NCBI GenBank assembly: GCA_030295235.1
Contig: AP026123.1
Coordinates: forward strand, 620,001-684,000
Source of the DNA: Fistulifera solaris
Lineage: Eukaryota
Direction: 5' to 3'
Length of the DNA stretch: 64,000 bases
Position 1 is the first letter of the stretch; every line of letters begins with the position of its first letter. The notes under the pieces are model-generated. The model saw only the letters and a list, made by a program, of their open reading frames with translations. It was not told where the DNA came from and searched no databases. Positions 61,854 to 64,000 of the stretch are shown piece after piece. The translations under genes were made by a program, and so were the position numbers.

Positions 61854-62224
61854 AGGCCGAGCTGGAAACGAGAGCATGTAATTTAGCGAGTATAGTTGTA
61901 GACTAATCACTAATCATCGTTAAATAGACCCGTTATTACTTTTTCCTTGACTTGAACCCTTGAACCCTAGCTTTCTTGCATCACATGACACGTGGAAGCC
62001 TCTTGCTTCGTTCGTCGTTGTCGTCCCCGCATCGCACTTCGCACGCGCATCACTGCGTTTTGCAAGCAGCATTATTTTGCAGATCGGAACTCACCGTTGC
62101 TATCTTGCGTTGCAATTGCGAATCATCCTCCGCATCAGCTCCCCTTTGATTATTTACAAGCATCATACACGCAATAACCGACTTTACGCGCCCGTCTACG
62201 AATTTCGGATTTAAAAAGCAAAAA

Positions 62225-62854
62225 ATGATATTCAAACTCGTAACATGCTTCATGCTGTTCTGCACTATTGCAGCGGAAGTCATTGTTCTAACCGACAAGA
62301 CTTTTGAACATCAAACACAAGCTTCCACTGGACAGACAACCGGAAAATGGCTCGTTATGTTTTCAGCCCCCTGGTGTGGACGAACGTGTGCGGAAATGAT
62401 CCCGACGTTGGAACAGCTAGAAAAGAGTGTGGGAGATGGTTCGGTCCTCGTTGCTACCGTTAACACCTTGGAGAACCTGGAGTCAGCGGATCGCTTCGGC
62501 ATTTTGTCCCAACCGACGCTTGTCTTCTTTGCGGATCGTAAGATGTACAAATACCGTGGATTGAAGACGCTGGAGGCCATACAACAGTTCGTCGAGGGTG
62601 GTTACAAAGATGCTGTCGCAATGCAGGTACCAGCACCCCTTAGTTTCTTTGACATTACGAGACGAAAGATTGAACGCCTGTTTGATGACCATAAAGAATT
62701 GCGCTTTCTTCGTGAAGATTTTCAGCACATTGTGGCCGTGCGTAAGAACGCGGCTGTTATACTCATGATTCTAGGAGCCATACTCGGCATGTTCATGACA
62801 TGCACCTTGTCGTGCCTCTTTTCGTCCAAGAAAGGAAAAGTGAAGCAAAACTAG
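62225..62854 (+). CDS. ER membrane thioredoxin-domain (TMX-like) protein with atypical WCGRTC site
   Basis: Signal peptide, LTDKTFEH...WLVMFSAPWCGRTC, C-terminal TM and KVKQN di-lysine motif. Confidence 0.88.
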   Translation: MIFKLVTCFMLFCTIAAEVIVLTDKTFEHQTQASTGQTTGKWLVMFSAPWCGRTCAEMIPTLEQLEKSVGDGSVLVATVNTLENLESADRFGILSQPTLVFFADRKMYKYRGLKTLEAIQQFVEGGYKDAVAMQVPAPLSFFDITRRKIERLFDDHKELRFLREDFQHIVAVRKNAAVILMILGAILGMFMTCTLSCLFSSKKGKVKQN

Positions 62855-62967
62855 ATCATGACGAAGTATTATGATTTCAAACATGGCCTTTAATTCACCT
62901 AAACCTTTATTTATGTGTCATTCGAATTCATCTTTTTGCACATTTAATTCGCATTAGAAATAATCTG

Positions 62968-63707
62968 TCATGAAGAAGCAGCTTTCGCTCGCTGGTCTCT
63001 TTCCTTCATCTTTCCTTCAAATGTAAGCTTTTGCGTTCGAGAAGCAGCACGTCGAATGTCATCGACCGAGGGCAAATCTCCCATATCGTCTTTCAAACCG
63101 GCAACCGTGCGATACTTCGACAATGCCTCGGACATGCCTTCGAGAGCTTCAGTAGCCAATGCCGTGTCTTTCTTGGAAATAGCTTTGAGTAGACGCTTCT
63201 GATTGGACTCAAATTGATCAGCACACGCATACATATCTTTGGTGTACGACACCTTGACATTCGTGCCACCACCGGTCAGCGACGACGTATATAATTTGAG
63301 AGGCAAGATCGTATCATCCGCCACGGTTTTCGCGAAGCTATCTACGGCTTCCCAATCCTGTGATCCCAAGAGATCAGCGACATTGGGGATCATGTTGCTG
63401 CATTTTTGAATGCGAGGCAAGTAGCGTTTCTTGTTGGTGGGGTAGTAGTAATTGGAACGCAAATTGGGTTCGATGACGGACTCGGATTTTTTCTGCGGAA
63501 CGACGGGAGTAACAGGCTTTTTGATTCTTCCTGAACAATCTTGGTCGGATCCGTTCCGAACTCATCCAACAAACCAGCATTGGCCAGCGTAGGCACACAT
63601 GCCGATACTCCAGCCACTTGGCCAAGGAACGACCGACGATTGACCGAATACGCCGTGATGCCAGGCACTGTGACGGCGCCAATGAGAGCAACTGCGCTTA
63701 TCTTCAT
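62968..63707 (-). CDS. Putative thylakoid-lumen protein (bipartite presequence plus Tat signal)
   Basis: MKISAVALIGAVTVPGITA-Y, NRRSFLG, ANA cleavage site; joins the downstream helical ORF through a frameshift near 63500. Confidence 0.7.
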
Positions 63708-64000
63708 TTCTACCTATGTATGAGAAAATAATGGAAGTCTGAAGACAATTCTTTTGTGATGAAGTGAGCGGCCGAGAGTTGAAATGGAAATTTTTCGATG
63801 TTGATGAGAACGCTAACTTTTACGCGAACGAGTGATCGATGACGTAAGACCACGAAGCGATTACTGTACAGCCTACCGACGACGACACACCTTCCGTGAC
63901 TGATAGAAAATTATAGTTGGGGCGCGAATCACTTAGCATCTTTTGCGTAGAAAGTACAGTATAATTCACTTTAACCTAGCACAGATCAAGCAACCAATCG

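Noticed and set aside
2010..63520. Programmed ribosomal frameshifting as a genome-wide system
   Set aside because: Slips go in both directions, lack a common stop or slippery context, and track homopolymers.

Overview
Eukaryotic nuclear DNA, most likely from a pennate diatom. Evidence: gene-dense, short GT-AG introns of about 70-115 nt, and a bipartite plastid-plus-Tat presequence; the genus cannot be fixed from sequence alone. About 30 protein genes are recognisable. They include a formin with CCDC53-like repeats, a FAD monooxygenase, LSm10-like, an HSA-pseudoSnf2-SANT (EP400/Eaf1-like) protein, a pepsin-like protein, TMEM70-like, PP2C, ECD, fumarase, OAT, LAMTOR1-like, PhzF-like, DNMT2, U2SURP, GMP synthase, two inverted CHY-RING paralogues, PEX6, a multicopper oxidase, AP sigma, 4CL-like and a TMX-like thioredoxin. 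Many are broken by single-base indels in homopolymers, best explained as long-read consensus error. Most unusual: (1) a palindrome, TCCAGA-N3-TCTGGA, clustered in three promoter regions and amplified about 24x as a 52-bp double-hairpin satellite; (2) a 2.3-kb insert (227-bp satellite plus terminal hairpin) flanked by a ~400-bp direct duplication; (3) an orphan 3-kb ORF with 128-aa acidic/NLS repeats followed by structured 201-bp repeats; (4) duplications flanking blocks, suggesting rearrangement. All family calls are from motif recognition by eye; no searches were run.
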